Assembly (NCBI RefSeq): GCF_040938485.1
Contig: NW_027271099.1
Span: 1,302,001 to 1,366,000 of the forward strand
DNA: 64,000 bases
Source: Diadema antillarum
Taxonomy: Eukaryota
Direction: 5' to 3'
Program-made: the position numbers and the translations under genes
Notes under the pieces: generated by a model
What the model was told of the DNA's origin: nothing
The model's database searches: none
What the model saw: the letters and a program-made list of their open reading frames with translations, nothing else
Shown: positions 62,501 through 64,000 of the stretch, in pieces
Layout: the number at the start of each line of letters is the position of its first letter
How positions within the stretch are numbered: position 1 is the first letter of the stretch

Positions 62501-64000
62501 GTCAGGATGGGGGTGAGGTGGAGGTGGAGGGGGAGGGGGACGTTGCTGGAGGAGGATGATATTGCTCTTCTAGTACTAAGATAGATGATATCAATTTTCC
62601 TCTTATCACTTTCATTGTGCATTTGCTAAGAAGCTATTCCTCATTCCCATTGCTTCATCATTACAGGCATTTACAGTCCATCCAGTGCACATGCAATTTC
62701 AGAAGAGCTTAGCATGAATACATGATCATGACACTTGATATGTGTGTATGTGTGTTTTCATTTTACTGTACTCATTATTCAATGCATGTCATCCTGAGGA
62801 TTACTGAATATGACTGCGATGGGGTTTAAATCTCCTTCCAGACAGACGTGACTGCAATCACATTACCAAGGGGAGAATGTGAGCACTTAGTCATTATTAG
62901 GTGTTGTCAATGTTTGAAATGTAATATTGTCCAGGATTTTCTCACTTTGAGCTTTTTGAGTTGCATGTGCTTGGAATGTGCAACCACTGAATACTGGCTG
63001 GAGTAGTGACTGCTTTCAAGTATTTATGAAGCCTGTTTTCTAATTATTGATTGTAGGGGTAACTCTGTCAGCTATAAAGCAATATATCTTTGCTTTTGGG
63101 GGTGTCAGTAGGCCTACATGTTTAGAAATAAATGAATTTACAGAAATTGAAAGAGACTGAAAGCCTGCGTCTACTGAAGCTGTTCAGCCACATGTCAGCA
63201 GAAAGTGGTCTATGCTAAAGACCTGGTGGTGTGGGGGATTCATGGAGTTGGAAGGCTTGCTCGGGTCAGATATATTCAAGAGTCCCCGTAACGAATTGTG
63301 TAGAGCTTTATCAATGATCTCTATGTATAAGTGGGGCCTACGCACACACAGATGAAAAAAAGAAAATTCTTAACTGGAGTTGACCGTTACCAATGAGTGT
63401 ATGCTTTGATGCATATATTTGCTGACTAGTGGTATTAGTGGTTTTTCAAAGTACCCCTGTGGGCAGCAAATGAATTAGGCCACCCATCAATCCCCACACT
63501 ACCTGGTCTTTGAGAGTCCTCGCACAGTGGAGGTGACGCATCTTTAACAGAAGCAAGAAGCAAGACAACCTAAACGTACCAAATGGTCAAAGTAATTAAA
63601 CACCATGTCATTGAAAAAGCAAAATATAACAACAATCAGTAATCAAGTGCATGCACAAGCATTGAAATAGAGCAAGAAGAGTGGGGGGGGGGGGGGGGGG
63701 AGAGAGAGAAGAGAAGCGGAGTATTAGAAGCGTCCGGATTCTTCCTCGTAATCTGCATTCCACTACGTGTTCGTACTTCAGCCTGAATAATGATAACCTT
63801 CAACAACTTGCTGTGTCTCTAGTGTTGAGGGGCCCCCTGTCTGCCTCAGTAATATAATACAAGCAGCAGAGACCCACATTTTCGATTTATTCAACGCATT
63901 GTTTACAGATGCCCCTAATTGCGATGCACACAATATTGCAAACAGAGAGAGAGAGAGAGTGGGAGATAGTGCATCTCTTTCTCTCTCTATCTCTCCACCT

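Overview
Animal genomic DNA (AT-rich, spliceosomal introns; echinoderm-like by inference) made up almost entirely of transposable elements; no host gene could be supported. From left to right: (1) a CsRn1-type Ty3/Gypsy LTR retrotransposon on the minus strand (gag with CHCC knuckle, -1 frameshift into an open PR-RT-RNaseH pol, tRNA-Trp PBS), whose 5' leader is interrupted by a 3-kb foldback element built from hairpin-forming tandem repeats; (2) an unexplained unit at about 8.4-18.1 kb: a strand-polarised array of GTGGAG motifs upstream of an intact, spliced gene fusing four C2H2 zinc fingers to a protein-primed DNA polymerase B, with no capsid, integrase or TIR of its own visible; (3) directly abutting it, a complete 15.9-kb Polinton/Maverick (adintovirus-type) with ~420-bp TIRs, a second and different pPolB, integrase, penton, hexon, adenain protease, packaging ATPase, PC4 and an unexpected type II membrane glycoprotein, with introns in several genes; (4) a 12.2-kb intact two-gene PIF/Harbinger transposon; (5) several MITEs and an assembly gap. 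The strongest novelty candidates are the zinc-finger polymerase with its predicted cognate binding-site array, and the Polinton glycoprotein. All calls come from reading motifs by eye; no database searches were run.
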